Origin: an uncultured Verrucomicrobiae bacterium
GTDB taxonomy: Bacteria; Verrucomicrobiota; Verrucomicrobiia; Chthoniobacterales; JAFAMB01
Assembly: GCA_963762565.1 (NCBI GenBank)
Contig: CAVXLD010000001.1
Location: 1,056,001-1,120,000 of the forward strand
Direction: 5' to 3'
Length of the DNA: 64,000 nt
In this document: positions 33,595-43,196 of the stretch, one piece after another
Position numbering within the stretch: position 1 is the first letter of the stretch
Layout: each line of letters starts with the position of its first letter
Notes under the pieces: generated by a model
What the model saw: only the letters and a program-made list of their open reading frames with translations
Told to the model about the DNA's origin: nothing
The model's database searches: none
Translations under genes and position numbers: made by a program

Positions 33595-34491
33595 CTATCC
33601 CGAATTCATTTTCGCGTTCGCCAGCACAAACTTCCTAAACTCTTCGACCACCGCAGGCGCCGGCTTTTTGCGCCAGACCAAAGCAATCTCAGAGATCGGA
33701 ACCTTATCGCGGACCTTACAGCCGGTGACCGCCGCCCTGCTGTTCTTCACCGCGGACGCCGGTAACAATGAAATACCCGCACCCGAAGCCACCAATGAAA
33801 TCAAGGTCGGCATCTCACCAGCCACCTGCGATACTGCCGGAATCACCCCAGCTTGGTTAAGAATTCCTAAGACGAAATCGTGAAATCCAGGGGCGTGCGC
33901 CCGAGCGTAGAGAACATAGGTCTCATTAGCGGTGTCGCGAAGACGAACAGCGGACCTAGGGGCCAGAGCATGAGATGACGGAACAACGAGCACAAACTCT
34001 TCTTGATGGATTGGCGCTGCCTCCAGACTTGGCCCCAGGTTAAACGGCATCCGTAAAAACCCAAGATCAATTGAGCCTTCCTCCAGCATGGGACCTTGAT
34101 CAGCGGTGAGGATGTTGCGCAGTGAAAATTCAACCAGCGGATTCAGCTTCCGATATTGATTGATCAGGTTGGGAATCAGGTAGGTACCGGCGGTGGAAAC
34201 GAAACCCAGCCGCACCACCCCAAGCTTGCCTTGCGCCGCCAACCGTGCGTTTTGGATTGCCTGTTCCAATTGCGCAAGCCCGCCAGCAGCTTCTCTTTGA
34301 AACGCCGCCCCCGCCGTGGTTAAGGACGTTTTTCGTCGATCCCGTTCAAAGAGTTTCACTCCGATCTCGTGCTCCAGCGCCTGGATCTGCAGGGTCAAAG
34401 CCGGCTGGCTCAGATGCACAATCTCTGCCGTGCGACTGAAATTCAGTGTCTTAGCCAGCGAAAGAAACGAACGAATGTGTCGAAGTTCCAC
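33595..34491 (-). CDS. LysR family transcriptional regulator
   Basis: LNFSRTAEIVHLSQPALTLQIQALEHEIGVKLFER. Confidence 0.96.
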   Translation of the reverse strand: MELRHIRSFLSLAKTLNFSRTAEIVHLSQPALTLQIQALEHEIGVKLFERDRRKTSLTTAGAAFQREAAGGLAQLEQAIQNARLAAQGKLGVVRLGFVSTAGTYLIPNLINQYRKLNPLVEFSLRNILTADQGPMLEEGSIDLGFLRMPFNLGPSLEAAPIHQEEFVLVVPSSHALAPRSAVRLRDTANETYVLYARAHAPGFHDFVLGILNQAGVIPAVSQVAGEMPTLISLVASGAGISLLPASAVKNSRAAVTGCKVRDKVPISEIALVWRKKPAPAVVEEFRKFVLANAKMNSG

Positions 34492-34780
34492 GCTGAAACT
34501 TATTTGGTTTGTCTATAACCCGCTACACCGAAAACGCGGTCGGCACCCGTGGAGCGCTGCCTCGCTTGCGAGGCCGTGGTGAACAGGGAGACATCGTTGC
34601 ATAATGCCCCGGCCGCGCAGCGCTCTACCGTTCGGACCAAGAATGCTAGCCAGGAATGTGCTGAAGTCCCACGTTCGGAGCTTATTTGGTCTACTTATAA
34701 GTCGCTACATGGAATTCAATTTCAAAAGCGCTGCAGCCACGCCGATTAACAGACCATCAACTTAATTTGGAGAGTCTAAT

Positions 34781-35557
34781 ATGATATTAAATCGCTTCAG
34801 AAATTGGTTACTGTTAGCTGCTAGTTCCTTTGTGCTGGCCGGTTCCGCTCTTGCCGGGTCTTCGACCAAAAACGTCGTGCTGGTGCATGGCGCCTTTGTT
34901 GATGGATCAGGCTGGCAACCTGTCTACGATATCCTCGTACACGATGGATACCACGTGACTCTAGTCCAGGAGCCACTCAGCTCTTTGGAGGACGATGTTG
35001 CCGCCACCCGCCGTATCCTCGATCGACAGGATGGTCCTACCGTCTTGGTTGCCCATAGTTACGGCGGCACCGTTATCACGGAGGCGGGTAATCATCCTAA
35101 GGTCGCAGCGTTGGTCTATATAGCTGCTCATGCGCCGGATGTGGGCGAGACCGAAGCTGGCAACGGCAAAAATTTCCCCAACGGCAGCCGGCCGCTGGTA
35201 CAGACTTCCGATGGCTACCTCTTGCTTGATCCGAAAAATTTTCCTGCGGATTTCGCGGCTGACCTGCCGGCTGCGCAAGCCGACTTCATGGCACACGCTC
35301 AAATACTCACTGCGGCTAAGGTCTTCACCACGCCCGTCACCAGCCCGGCCTGGAAGGTCAAACCCAGCTGGTACATGGTGGCTCAAAAGGATAAGACCAT
35401 TAATCCTGACTTGGAACGGATGTACGCCGAGCGCGCTCACAGCCACAAAGTTGAGGCCGAAGGAGCCAGCCATGCGGTTTATATTTCGCACGCCAAAGAA
35501 GTAGCCGCTCTGATCGAAGAAGCTGCCGGTCAGGCCCGTGTCGCCGGCTCTCATTAG
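34781..35557 (+). CDS. Exported alpha/beta hydrolase
   Basis: Signal peptide, VLVHGA, AHSYGG nucleophile elbow, ASHA. Confidence 0.92.
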   Translation: MILNRFRNWLLLAASSFVLAGSALAGSSTKNVVLVHGAFVDGSGWQPVYDILVHDGYHVTLVQEPLSSLEDDVAATRRILDRQDGPTVLVAHSYGGTVITEAGNHPKVAALVYIAAHAPDVGETEAGNGKNFPNGSRPLVQTSDGYLLLDPKNFPADFAADLPAAQADFMAHAQILTAAKVFTTPVTSPAWKVKPSWYMVAQKDKTINPDLERMYAERAHSHKVEAEGASHAVYISHAKEVAALIEEAAGQARVAGSH

Positions 35558-35823
35558 TCGACACAGAAGATCACAAAGACCACGGAGACAAAAGATGTGC
35601 AGCACACGTGGAGCGTGCCTTGCTTGCAAGGCCGCAGCGGTTGGCACCGTGGAGGGAGCCAGCAGGCGCCAGCCGTGGAGCGTGCCTCGCTTGCGAGGCC
35701 GACCTTCAGCGTGTGACATCTTCCAACGTTTCGGTCGCGGATCGAGCGGCCTCTCCTATTCACAGGAAGTTGTCGAGCGAGTCCACCAGGACTTACAGAC
35801 GCGCTGAGGTTGAAATAACCAGC

Positions 35824-36408
35824 TCAGTGTTCGCTACCGATCGCATTGTCTACGCATCGAGTCAGCTCCTGCTGCAAAAGCCGGCGCGCTCTGCTTAAAC
35901 GCGACATGACGGTTCCTAACGGTATGTTAAGTGCAGTTGCTATTGTCTTGTAAGACCAGCCCTCGAACTCAAAAAGAGCCAAGGTCTCACGAAACTCCGC
36001 TGGCAGCCGCTTCACGGCTTGCTCGATCAGATGGGCCTCCCTTTCCCGATACGGCTCGGATGGCGCCACTAACACTCGCGTAGCGTGGATCTCATCGTCA
36101 AATGGAACCAACTTCTCTTCCGATCGACGCTTTTTTTTGATCCAGCTGTAGGCTGTGTTGCGGACAATGGTCAGCAGCCAAGCGCGCGCGTTATTCCCGC
36201 GAAATCTCGAAAATCCCTTTAGCGCACGAATGTAGGCGTCTTGGACAATATCCTGTGCATCCTGATCTTCACCGGCGATCCAATGGGCGAGATTATAGGC
36301 CGCGTCTAGGTGAGGCAGAAAAAGCTCTTCGAAATGAGACCTGTGTTCTGAAGAAGTCGTTCCCAAGACATCCCCAAGGTTTAATACTGAAGTTGATGCC
36401 GGGAGCAA
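35824..36408 (-). CDS. ECF sigma-70 factor (start uncertain)
   Basis: HLDAAYNLA, DIVQDAY, AWLLTIVRN, GTVMSRLSRAR. Confidence 0.93.
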   Translation of the reverse strand: MLPASTSVLNLGDVLGTTSSEHRSHFEELFLPHLDAAYNLAHWIAGEDQDAQDIVQDAYIRALKGFSRFRGNNARAWLLTIVRNTAYSWIKKKRRSEEKLVPFDDEIHATRVLVAPSEPYREREAHLIEQAVKRLPAEFRETLALFEFEGWSYKTIATALNIPLGTVMSRLSRARRLLQQELTRCVDNAIGSEH

Positions 36409-36658
36409 ACGTTCCTGATGCTCCCGATGTCCGCTAGAGAGCAGACAATTGGTTTTGAAGTCTAAGGACTGCTAGATGGTATCGAACAGATTCATACTTC
36501 TATGGATACTTTTTACGGGGATTCTTTGTTGAAGGCTTTTCTTAAGTGGCCCCGGTTTAGTTACAGGTATTACATGGCGCAATAGCCGTGTCAAACGGTC
36601 CTCGGCAGCGATTGGCCAAGCGCCAGCCCGTTTCTCGTCGTGCTAAATTCACGATCCG

Positions 36659-36685
36659 GGAATAACCCTGCAGCAGGCGAAGTCT
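36659..36685 (+). promoter_or_regulatory. Possible ECF-type promoter GGAATA-N17-GTCT
   Basis: Pattern match upstream of the gene divergent from the ECF sigma factor. Confidence 0.35.
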
Positions 36686-36749
36686 TTTTATTTGAGGAAA
36701 CGAATGTCAACATCCTTGCAGGCGTTGCCTCGAATAAACCGTTGCAATT

Positions 36750-37364
36750 ATGAAAGTCTCAGATGTTTTTTGTCGGCTGCTGCCGGTAGCGATTCTTGTT
36801 ATGTCACCGTTCACCGTAGCGCGTGCGATGCATGGTGGTGGCGGAATGGGAGGTCACGGATTGGGAGGTCATGGAATGGCATCACATTCTTTCGGCAGTC
36901 GTGGATCTAGCCGTTTTGGTGCAAACCGCAATTTCGCATTTTTTCATCACGATTTCGATCACGGCGGCCGATTTTTCCGTGATCGCGATGATTTCTTCTT
37001 CCGGCACCGTTTCTTCGTTGGTTTTGACTTCGCGGCATTTGGATTCCCTGGCTGGTGGTACCCTTATTACGACTCGTATCCGTATCCCGATGCCTACTAT
37101 GGCGACTCGGCTTCCTACAGTGACGAACCATCGTCATACGGCGGCGACCCTGCATCGTATGGAACCCAATATTGGAGTAACCTAGCGATTTCAGTGCAGA
37201 CGAAACTCGCCCAGCAGAGTTACTACCATGGGAGCATAGATGGCGTACTTGGACCGGCCAGCCAGCTAGCAATCAAAGAGTATCAAGCCGCGCATAAAAT
37301 CCGAGTCACGGGCAGGATTGACCCCAAATTACTAAAGTCGTTAGGCATTAGTTATAAGGCGTAA
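36750..37364 (+). CDS. Exported Gly/His/Phe/Tyr-rich protein with C-terminal peptidoglycan-binding domain
   Basis: Signal peptide; VQTKLAQQSYYHGSIDGVLGP...AIKEYQ...VTG. Confidence 0.85.
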   Translation: MKVSDVFCRLLPVAILVMSPFTVARAMHGGGGMGGHGLGGHGMASHSFGSRGSSRFGANRNFAFFHHDFDHGGRFFRDRDDFFFRHRFFVGFDFAAFGFPGWWYPYYDSYPYPDAYYGDSASYSDEPSSYGGDPASYGTQYWSNLAISVQTKLAQQSYYHGSIDGVLGPASQLAIKEYQAAHKIRVTGRIDPKLLKSLGISYKA

Positions 37365-37545
37365 AAACGAGTCGGGATCGAGACCAATCAGAAGGTGCAG
37401 ATCTCGTCCAGGCGGGGACAGGTGACCGCGAAAGTATTCATCAAGCGCACTCACTTTCCCCGCCTTCTGCGTCCTTTGCGTCCCTTGGCCGACGTAGCTA
37501 AAGGGGGAGATGGGGCGAAGTCTGCTCCGCGCGAGGCTTCTAGTT

Positions 37546-38514
37546 TTATGTCCTTTTGAACTGTGCGTAAAGGGCATCAAAACATTCGAAGCCTTTGCTG
37601 AGGATCTGCTGATCGGTCAAACCTTGCTTTGCCCAACCCTTGAAGATTTGTTCAACTCCGAAGCCTTCGACCCGGTGAAACTTTTCATCCTCCAGATCCG
37701 CGTCGTGGATTAGCTCCGCGATTCTCAAAACCGCGCGATCCCGAATGGCGAATCGTCCGATAAACGTTTCGAACGTACACGCGTCGGCGTGATGGCTGAA
37801 CTCAACTTCAAACATGTCGTACGGTATCGCTTCAGGAGCTGCTGCCGGCGTATTAGCGAAGACGAACTTCGCGTCCCGGTCGATAAACTTAGTAATTAGC
37901 CAGGCCGAGCCCACCCGATCGATTTCGGGTCGAGGCCGCGTGACCCAGGTTTTTCCGCGAAAATCCTCGACTCGAAGCCGAGCCTTGGTTTCTGTTTTTT
38001 TTTGGTGAGCTCCTAGTAATTCGGCTTTCTGAAGCAGAGCTCGTATGTCTTCACCGCGTGTGCTCTGGAAGTAGTCTATCTCTTGGATCTCCTGAAAGCT
38101 TCTGCGGACTTTTTCTAACTGACCTTCAAAGGCCTCAGCGAGCATTTTGCGAGCTTTTCTTTGCTTAATCAGCTGAGTTAAGGGCTGGATAATCTCGTCG
38201 TAGTCACGAGCACGAGCCTCATTGAACAAAGCGACCACCGCCGCGTACGGCATTCCCTCGATGTCCTTAACGCGCACCAGAGTGGCTTCACCGCCGCTGT
38301 CATCAATTTCTTTCGCCAGCCACTGAAACCGCTCGTAGTGAGCCGGCTCATCCGGGAGCACGTAGGTGGAGGTTTTAAGTTGGACGGCGCCAAATTTCTT
38401 TAACCGGCGCCAAACCTTAACCCGTTCACTGGCGTGCTTGGCGGGTAGATTGAATAGTAAAAAGAGCCAAGCGGCCGAGGTCTCAGACGAAATTGATCTT
38501 TCTTTCTGTGACAC
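37546..38514 (-). CDS. chrB: Chromate resistance protein ChrB
   Basis: RVKVWRRLK, WVTRPRPEIDRVGSAWLITKFID, FSH...CTFE. Confidence 0.88.
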   Translation of the reverse strand: MSQKERSISSETSAAWLFLLFNLPAKHASERVKVWRRLKKFGAVQLKTSTYVLPDEPAHYERFQWLAKEIDDSGGEATLVRVKDIEGMPYAAVVALFNEARARDYDEIIQPLTQLIKQRKARKMLAEAFEGQLEKVRRSFQEIQEIDYFQSTRGEDIRALLQKAELLGAHQKKTETKARLRVEDFRGKTWVTRPRPEIDRVGSAWLITKFIDRDAKFVFANTPAAAPEAIPYDMFEVEFSHHADACTFETFIGRFAIRDRAVLRIAELIHDADLEDEKFHRVEGFGVEQIFKGWAKQGLTDQQILSKGFECFDALYAQFKRT

Positions 38515-38718
38515 GTATAACAGCCGGCATAATGGAAACCGGATACGCTGTCAACGGTTTTGGATCTATCCTTTTTCTTCTGCGTCCTTTGCGCCCTCTG
38601 CGTCAGGCCTTCATCTTACGCTATCTTATTTGAATTCCTTATTACAGGACGCAAAACAAACAATTTCCATTATCTGAGGCCCTGCCGGTAATTGAGGCAT
38701 CAGCAAACGAATAGCCCA

Positions 38719-39192
38719 ATGAAGACACCACCAGAATCTAACCCAACGACGAGTTCCGCCGGAACCGCGAATGATCTGTATGTCACCAAAGTCACCGCCT
38801 CCGGAGGCCGTCACGGCCACATCCGCAGCCACGACGGGCTGCTTGATCTGAAGCTGGCCCTGCCCCGTGAACTCGGCGGCAAGGGAGATGCCACTAACCC
38901 GGAGCAACTTTTTGCCGGCGGTTATGCCGCCTGCTTCGAAAACGCGCTTCTACGCGTGAGTCGTGAGGCCGGGCTGAGATTCGCCGACCCAGACGTCGAA
39001 GTCACTGCTGAAGTTGGTATCCGTCGCAACGACTCCGGCACTTTCGTGCTGTCCGCCGCACTCGTGATCACGATCACGGGAGTGGACCAGAAAAAGGCCG
39101 AAGACCTGGTTGAGTCCGCCCACAAAATCTGCCCCTATTCCAACGCTATTCGGGGCAACGTCGACGTTAAGACCACCGTTTCGGTTCGCTGA
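38719..39192 (+). CDS. ohr: Organic hydroperoxide resistance protein
   Basis: GGRHG, TNPEQLFAGGYAACF, AHKICPYSNA. Confidence 0.95.
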   Translation: MKTPPESNPTTSSAGTANDLYVTKVTASGGRHGHIRSHDGLLDLKLALPRELGGKGDATNPEQLFAGGYAACFENALLRVSREAGLRFADPDVEVTAEVGIRRNDSGTFVLSAALVITITGVDQKKAEDLVESAHKICPYSNAIRGNVDVKTTVSVR

Positions 39193-39244
39193 GCACACTT
39201 GCTCTTCATTGAGCACACTTGCTCATCACTGAGCAAACTTGCTC
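39190..39244. repeat. Three 20-bp-period palindromes TGAGCA-N4-TGCTC (putative operators)
   Basis: Units start at 39190, 39210 and 39230, between ohr and azoR. Confidence 0.8.
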
Positions 39245-39265
39245 TTTAATACGAGGCATCAAACG

Positions 39266-39898
39266 ATGTATTTACTTAACATCCAATCGTCGCCGCGCCG
39301 GTCCCGGTCCGCTTCCATCGCAGTCGCTGACGCGTTTGTTGAAACGTACCGTCAAGTTTGTCCGGAGGTCATCGTGGACACGCTGAACGTTTGGGAAGAG
39401 AACCTCCCGGAGTTCGATCAGGAAGCCATCGGTGCAAAATACAAAGGAATTAACAAAGAACCGATGAACGAGGCCGAACAAAAAGTTTGGGATCGAATCC
39501 AGAAGCTGGTTGCACGTTTCAAACGCGCAGATCGCCTCGTGATTGGTGTGCCAATGTGGAACTTTGCTTATCCCTATAAGCTCAAGCAACTGATCGATCT
39601 AGTGGCCCAACGTAACATGCTCTTTACCTACGACGGCAGAACGTACGGCCCATTGCTGCAGACGCCGCGCGCGCTGTTGATCCTCACGCGGGGCGGCGAG
39701 TACGCCGAAGATTTGCCAACCCCGCCATCGCGCTTCGACCACCAGAAAAGCTACTTTGAGTTCTGGCTGCCATTGATTGGGGTTCGGGAAGTAGAGACTT
39801 TAGTGGTGGAGCGGACGTCGTGGGCTGGGGAGGAAAAAGGGAAGTATAGTGTCGAGCAAGGCAAGGAAGCGGCCAGAAAGTTAGCCACGCATTTCTAA
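39266..39898 (+). CDS. azoR: FMN-dependent NADH-azoreductase (flavodoxin_2 fold)
   Basis: IQSSPR..SAS, PMWNFAYPYKLKQLID, TRGG. Confidence 0.85.
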   Translation: MYLLNIQSSPRRSRSASIAVADAFVETYRQVCPEVIVDTLNVWEENLPEFDQEAIGAKYKGINKEPMNEAEQKVWDRIQKLVARFKRADRLVIGVPMWNFAYPYKLKQLIDLVAQRNMLFTYDGRTYGPLLQTPRALLILTRGGEYAEDLPTPPSRFDHQKSYFEFWLPLIGVREVETLVVERTSWAGEEKGKYSVEQGKEAARKLATHF

Positions 39899-40079
39899 GC
39901 AAGTAAGAAAACAACCGCGAATGGACACGAATAAAACCCTGAGCTCAACCGCAGATGGACGCGGATTTACGCAGATAGATTTTCGGACCGAGCGCTCATT
40001 TTGCTGCATTTTATCTGCGTCTATCTGTGCCTGTCACGCCGTAGCTTGCGGAGGCGGATCCATTCGCGGTTAAGAAAGT

Positions 40080-41738
40080 ATGGCTCACCAATCATCACAG
40101 GCTCTATCGCAGTCTTGGACCACCCGGCGCGACGAAAAGCGTCGTCGTCTCGAAAGTATCCGGCCCTGGATGCAAGGCCCGATCTTGTCACCCAGTAAGA
40201 TCGTCGACGCCCTCGAGTTGTTGATTAAGAGCAGAGATCGCGTTGTCCTGGAAGGCGACAACCAAAAGCAAGCAGACTTCCTTTCCCGATCGCTGGTGAA
40301 AGTCGATCCAACGAAATTCCAGGACTTACACCTGATCATTTCAAGCATTAGCCGGCCGGAACACCTCACGCTTTTTGAGCTCGGTATCGCGAAGAAAGTC
40401 GACTTTTCTTTTGCCGGGCCACAGAGTCTGCGCCTCGCCCAGTTATTGGAGGACGGCAAGGTCGAGATCGGAGCAATCCATACCTATGTTGAACTCTATG
40501 CCAGGTTGCTGGTCGATCTCATCCCGGATGTGGTGCTGGTCTGTGCCGAACAGGCTGACGAACAAGGCAATCTTTACACCGGACCCAACACAGAGGATAC
40601 GCCTGTCATCGTCGAAGCAGCGGCTTTTCACGACGGCATCGTCATCGCGCAAGTTAACCAGATCACTGACTCATTACCGCGCGTCGACATTCCCGGTTCA
40701 TGGGTGGATGTGGTCGTTCAGGCCGACCGCCCTTTCGCGATAGAACCGTTATTTACCCGGAACCCACGCCAGATCGATGACCTGCAAATTCTGATGGGAA
40801 TGATGGTGATCCGAGGGATCTATGAACGCCACAACGTCCAGTCTCTCAATCACGGCATCGGTTTCGGTACCGCCGCGATCGAGCTACTCCTCCCCACGTA
40901 TGGTGAATCGCTGGGGCTAAAGGGAAAAATTTGCCAACATTGGGCGTTGAACCCGCACCCAACGCTCATCCCGGCGATCGAAAGCGGTTGGGTCAAGAGC
41001 GTCCATTGCTTTGGGAGCGAGGTCGGTATGGATGATTATATCGCCGCTCGCCCCGACATTTTCTTCACTGGCAGAGATGGACGGCTCCGCTCAAATCGGG
41101 TCCTTTGCCAGTTAGCCGGCCAATACGCGGTTGATGCCTTTATTGGATCCACTCTCCAAATGGACGGAGACGCGAACTCTTCAACGGTGACAAAGGGTCG
41201 ATTGGCCGGTTTTGGCGGTGCACCAAATATGGGGCACGATCCTCACGGCAGACGTCACGCTTCGCCAGCCTGGCTCGATCTTATCCCTTCGCCGAGCCCG
41301 GTTGCTCGTGGACGCAAGCTCGTGGTCCAAGTTGTTGAAACCTTTCATAGCGGCGCTTCTCCTGCATTCGTTGAGACGTTGGATGCGGTTTCTGTCGGCC
41401 AGAAGGCTGGGATGCCAATAGCTCCCATCATGATCTACGGCGATGATGTCAGCCACGTGGTGACCGAGGAAGGAATCGCCTACCTCTATAAAGCGGATGG
41501 CCAAGAAGAACGCCGGCGCGCACTTGCCGCCGTTGCCGGTGTCAGCCCGATCGGTCTAAAAGCAAAACCGGAAGAAACTGCGGCTTTGCGCAAACGAGGG
41601 ATCGTCGCCTATCCCGAGGACATTGGTGTGCATCGTCTTCAGGCGAATCGTTCACTGCTGGCAGCGCGAAGCATGGAAGATCTTGTGGCCTGGTCAGGCG
41701 GCCTCTACCAGCCTCCGGCGCGATTCAAGAGCTGGTAA
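40080..41738 (+). CDS. mdcA: Malonate decarboxylase alpha subunit
   Basis: LEGDNQKQADFL, NHGIGF, GFGGAPNMGHD, YQPPARFKSW. Confidence 0.97.
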   Translation: MAHQSSQALSQSWTTRRDEKRRRLESIRPWMQGPILSPSKIVDALELLIKSRDRVVLEGDNQKQADFLSRSLVKVDPTKFQDLHLIISSISRPEHLTLFELGIAKKVDFSFAGPQSLRLAQLLEDGKVEIGAIHTYVELYARLLVDLIPDVVLVCAEQADEQGNLYTGPNTEDTPVIVEAAAFHDGIVIAQVNQITDSLPRVDIPGSWVDVVVQADRPFAIEPLFTRNPRQIDDLQILMGMMVIRGIYERHNVQSLNHGIGFGTAAIELLLPTYGESLGLKGKICQHWALNPHPTLIPAIESGWVKSVHCFGSEVGMDDYIAARPDIFFTGRDGRLRSNRVLCQLAGQYAVDAFIGSTLQMDGDANSSTVTKGRLAGFGGAPNMGHDPHGRRHASPAWLDLIPSPSPVARGRKLVVQVVETFHSGASPAFVETLDAVSVGQKAGMPIAPIMIYGDDVSHVVTEEGIAYLYKADGQEERRRALAAVAGVSPIGLKAKPEETAALRKRGIVAYPEDIGVHRLQANRSLLAARSMEDLVAWSGGLYQPPARFKSW

Positions 41739-42896
41739 ATGAAAACGCTTTACCAAAAGTCTTCGCCAACCCTAAAACGCCTCCCCGCTCCCGAACCCAA
41801 CGGGTCGCGACCCGTGGAGCGCTGCCTTGCTTGCAAGGCCGAGGGGTCGCCACCCCTGGAGCGCTGCCTTGCTCGCGAGGCCGAGGGGTCGCCACCCGTG
41901 GAGCGCTGCCTCGCTTCCGCCTCCGCAAGGCCTACGGCGCGACAGGTTCGCGAGGCCGATGAGGGGTCGCCACCCCCGGATCTTTGTGCCCTGCTAGCTG
42001 CACTCGCCAGACAAGCTCTAATCGCCGAAGCAGAGCTCACCCCGAAACCGGGTCTGGTCGATCGGCGTGGATCAGGAGCACACAGCGATCTTTCGCTCGC
42101 TATGATGAGAAGATCGGCACTCGCCATCGAACCGTTCATTCGCCACATGGCTTTCCAATCACTGGACGAACCTCCTACTGCACGCCTCCGGGCGACACTC
42201 GCTGCCACCGGCCGCGCGGCAGAAACCGCTATGCTACGGGTTACCAATGGAAGCAACACTCACAAGGGAGCGATTTGGACTCTAGGTCTGCTAGCCGCAG
42301 CCGCGGCTATCCGATTTAACTTCGATCCCATTGCTATCGCGAGAACCGCGGGCCGAATCGCCTCCTTCGAAGATCCGTATGAATCAGCGCCAAACGCTCC
42401 CGCGGGACGAACGCCAAACGCCGAACGCCAAACGCCAAACGCGCTCTCACACGGCCAACTCGTTGCGAAGAGATTCGGCGTCACAGGGGCGCGGGGTGAA
42501 GCTATTAGCGGCTTCCCGCATATCGTTGAGATCGGACTGCCGATGTTGCGCGCCGGACGAAGAGTTAGCGCTCCAGAATCGATCGCTCGCCTCGACGCGT
42601 TGCTCAGTATCATGGCTCGGCTTACTGACACCTGTTTGCTTTACCGAGGTGGTGAGACGGCGCTGCAGGCTGCCCAACAAGGGGCCGCGGCGATTATTGC
42701 CGCCGGCGGCGCAGGTTCGAGCCGCGGACAGAAATTCTTGTTCGCTTTGGATAAGCGATTGATTGAACTAGGCGTTTCCCCTGGCGGAAGCGCCGATCTG
42801 TTAGCAGGCACTCTCTTTCTTGATGCCCTTGAACAAGGTCAAACCCGCATAGCGATTTCAGGTAACTCGGAGCAGAACTTTGTGTCTTTGTGGTGA
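41739..42896 (+). CDS. mdcB: Triphosphoribosyl-dephospho-CoA synthase with in-frame repeat insertions
   Basis: LTPKPGLVD, NTHKGAIW, GARGEA, DTCLLYRGG, SPGGSADLL. Confidence 0.92.
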   Translation: MKTLYQKSSPTLKRLPAPEPNGSRPVERCLACKAEGSPPLERCLAREAEGSPPVERCLASASARPTARQVREADEGSPPPDLCALLAALARQALIAEAELTPKPGLVDRRGSGAHSDLSLAMMRRSALAIEPFIRHMAFQSLDEPPTARLRATLAATGRAAETAMLRVTNGSNTHKGAIWTLGLLAAAAAIRFNFDPIAIARTAGRIASFEDPYESAPNAPAGRTPNAERQTPNALSHGQLVAKRFGVTGARGEAISGFPHIVEIGLPMLRAGRRVSAPESIARLDALLSIMARLTDTCLLYRGGETALQAAQQGAAAIIAAGGAGSSRGQKFLFALDKRLIELGVSPGGSADLLAGTLFLDALEQGQTRIAISGNSEQNFVSLW

Positions 42897-42902
42897 AATC
42901 CT

Positions 42903-43196
42903 ATGGAACAATTCGAGTTTAATTATCCGGCTAAACGTAAAGCCCCAAAACGAGCCCACGTCGGCGTGGTCGGTTCCGGTGACCTCGAAGTGTTGCTAGA
43001 GCCGGCGGATGGCGACACCGCTTCGGTGCAGGTCCGGACCAGCGTCGACGGTTTCAAGATTACTTGGAAAGCCGTGCTAGATCGCTTTTTCGGCCAATAC
43101 GACGGCGCGGTCCATATCGAGATCAACGACGCGGGAGCTACTCCCGGCGCCGTGTCTTTGCGGCTCCAACAAGCGGTGGAAGCGAGTGAAGCATGA
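42903..43196 (+). CDS. mdcC: Malonate decarboxylase acyl carrier protein (delta subunit)
   Basis: GVVGSGDLEVLLE, INDAGATP. Confidence 0.95.
   Translation: MEQFEFNYPAKRKAPKRAHVGVVGSGDLEVLLEPADGDTASVQVRTSVDGFKITWKAVLDRFFGQYDGAVHIEINDAGATPGAVSLRLQQAVEASEA

Noticed and set aside
34499..34702. Two CTTATTTGGT...TATAA boxes as LysR operators
   Set aside because: Position is plausible but the match to T-N11-A dyads is too weak to call from sequence alone.
39190..39244. Possible mini-CRISPR
   Set aside because: The 20-bp period leaves only about 5 nt between repeats.
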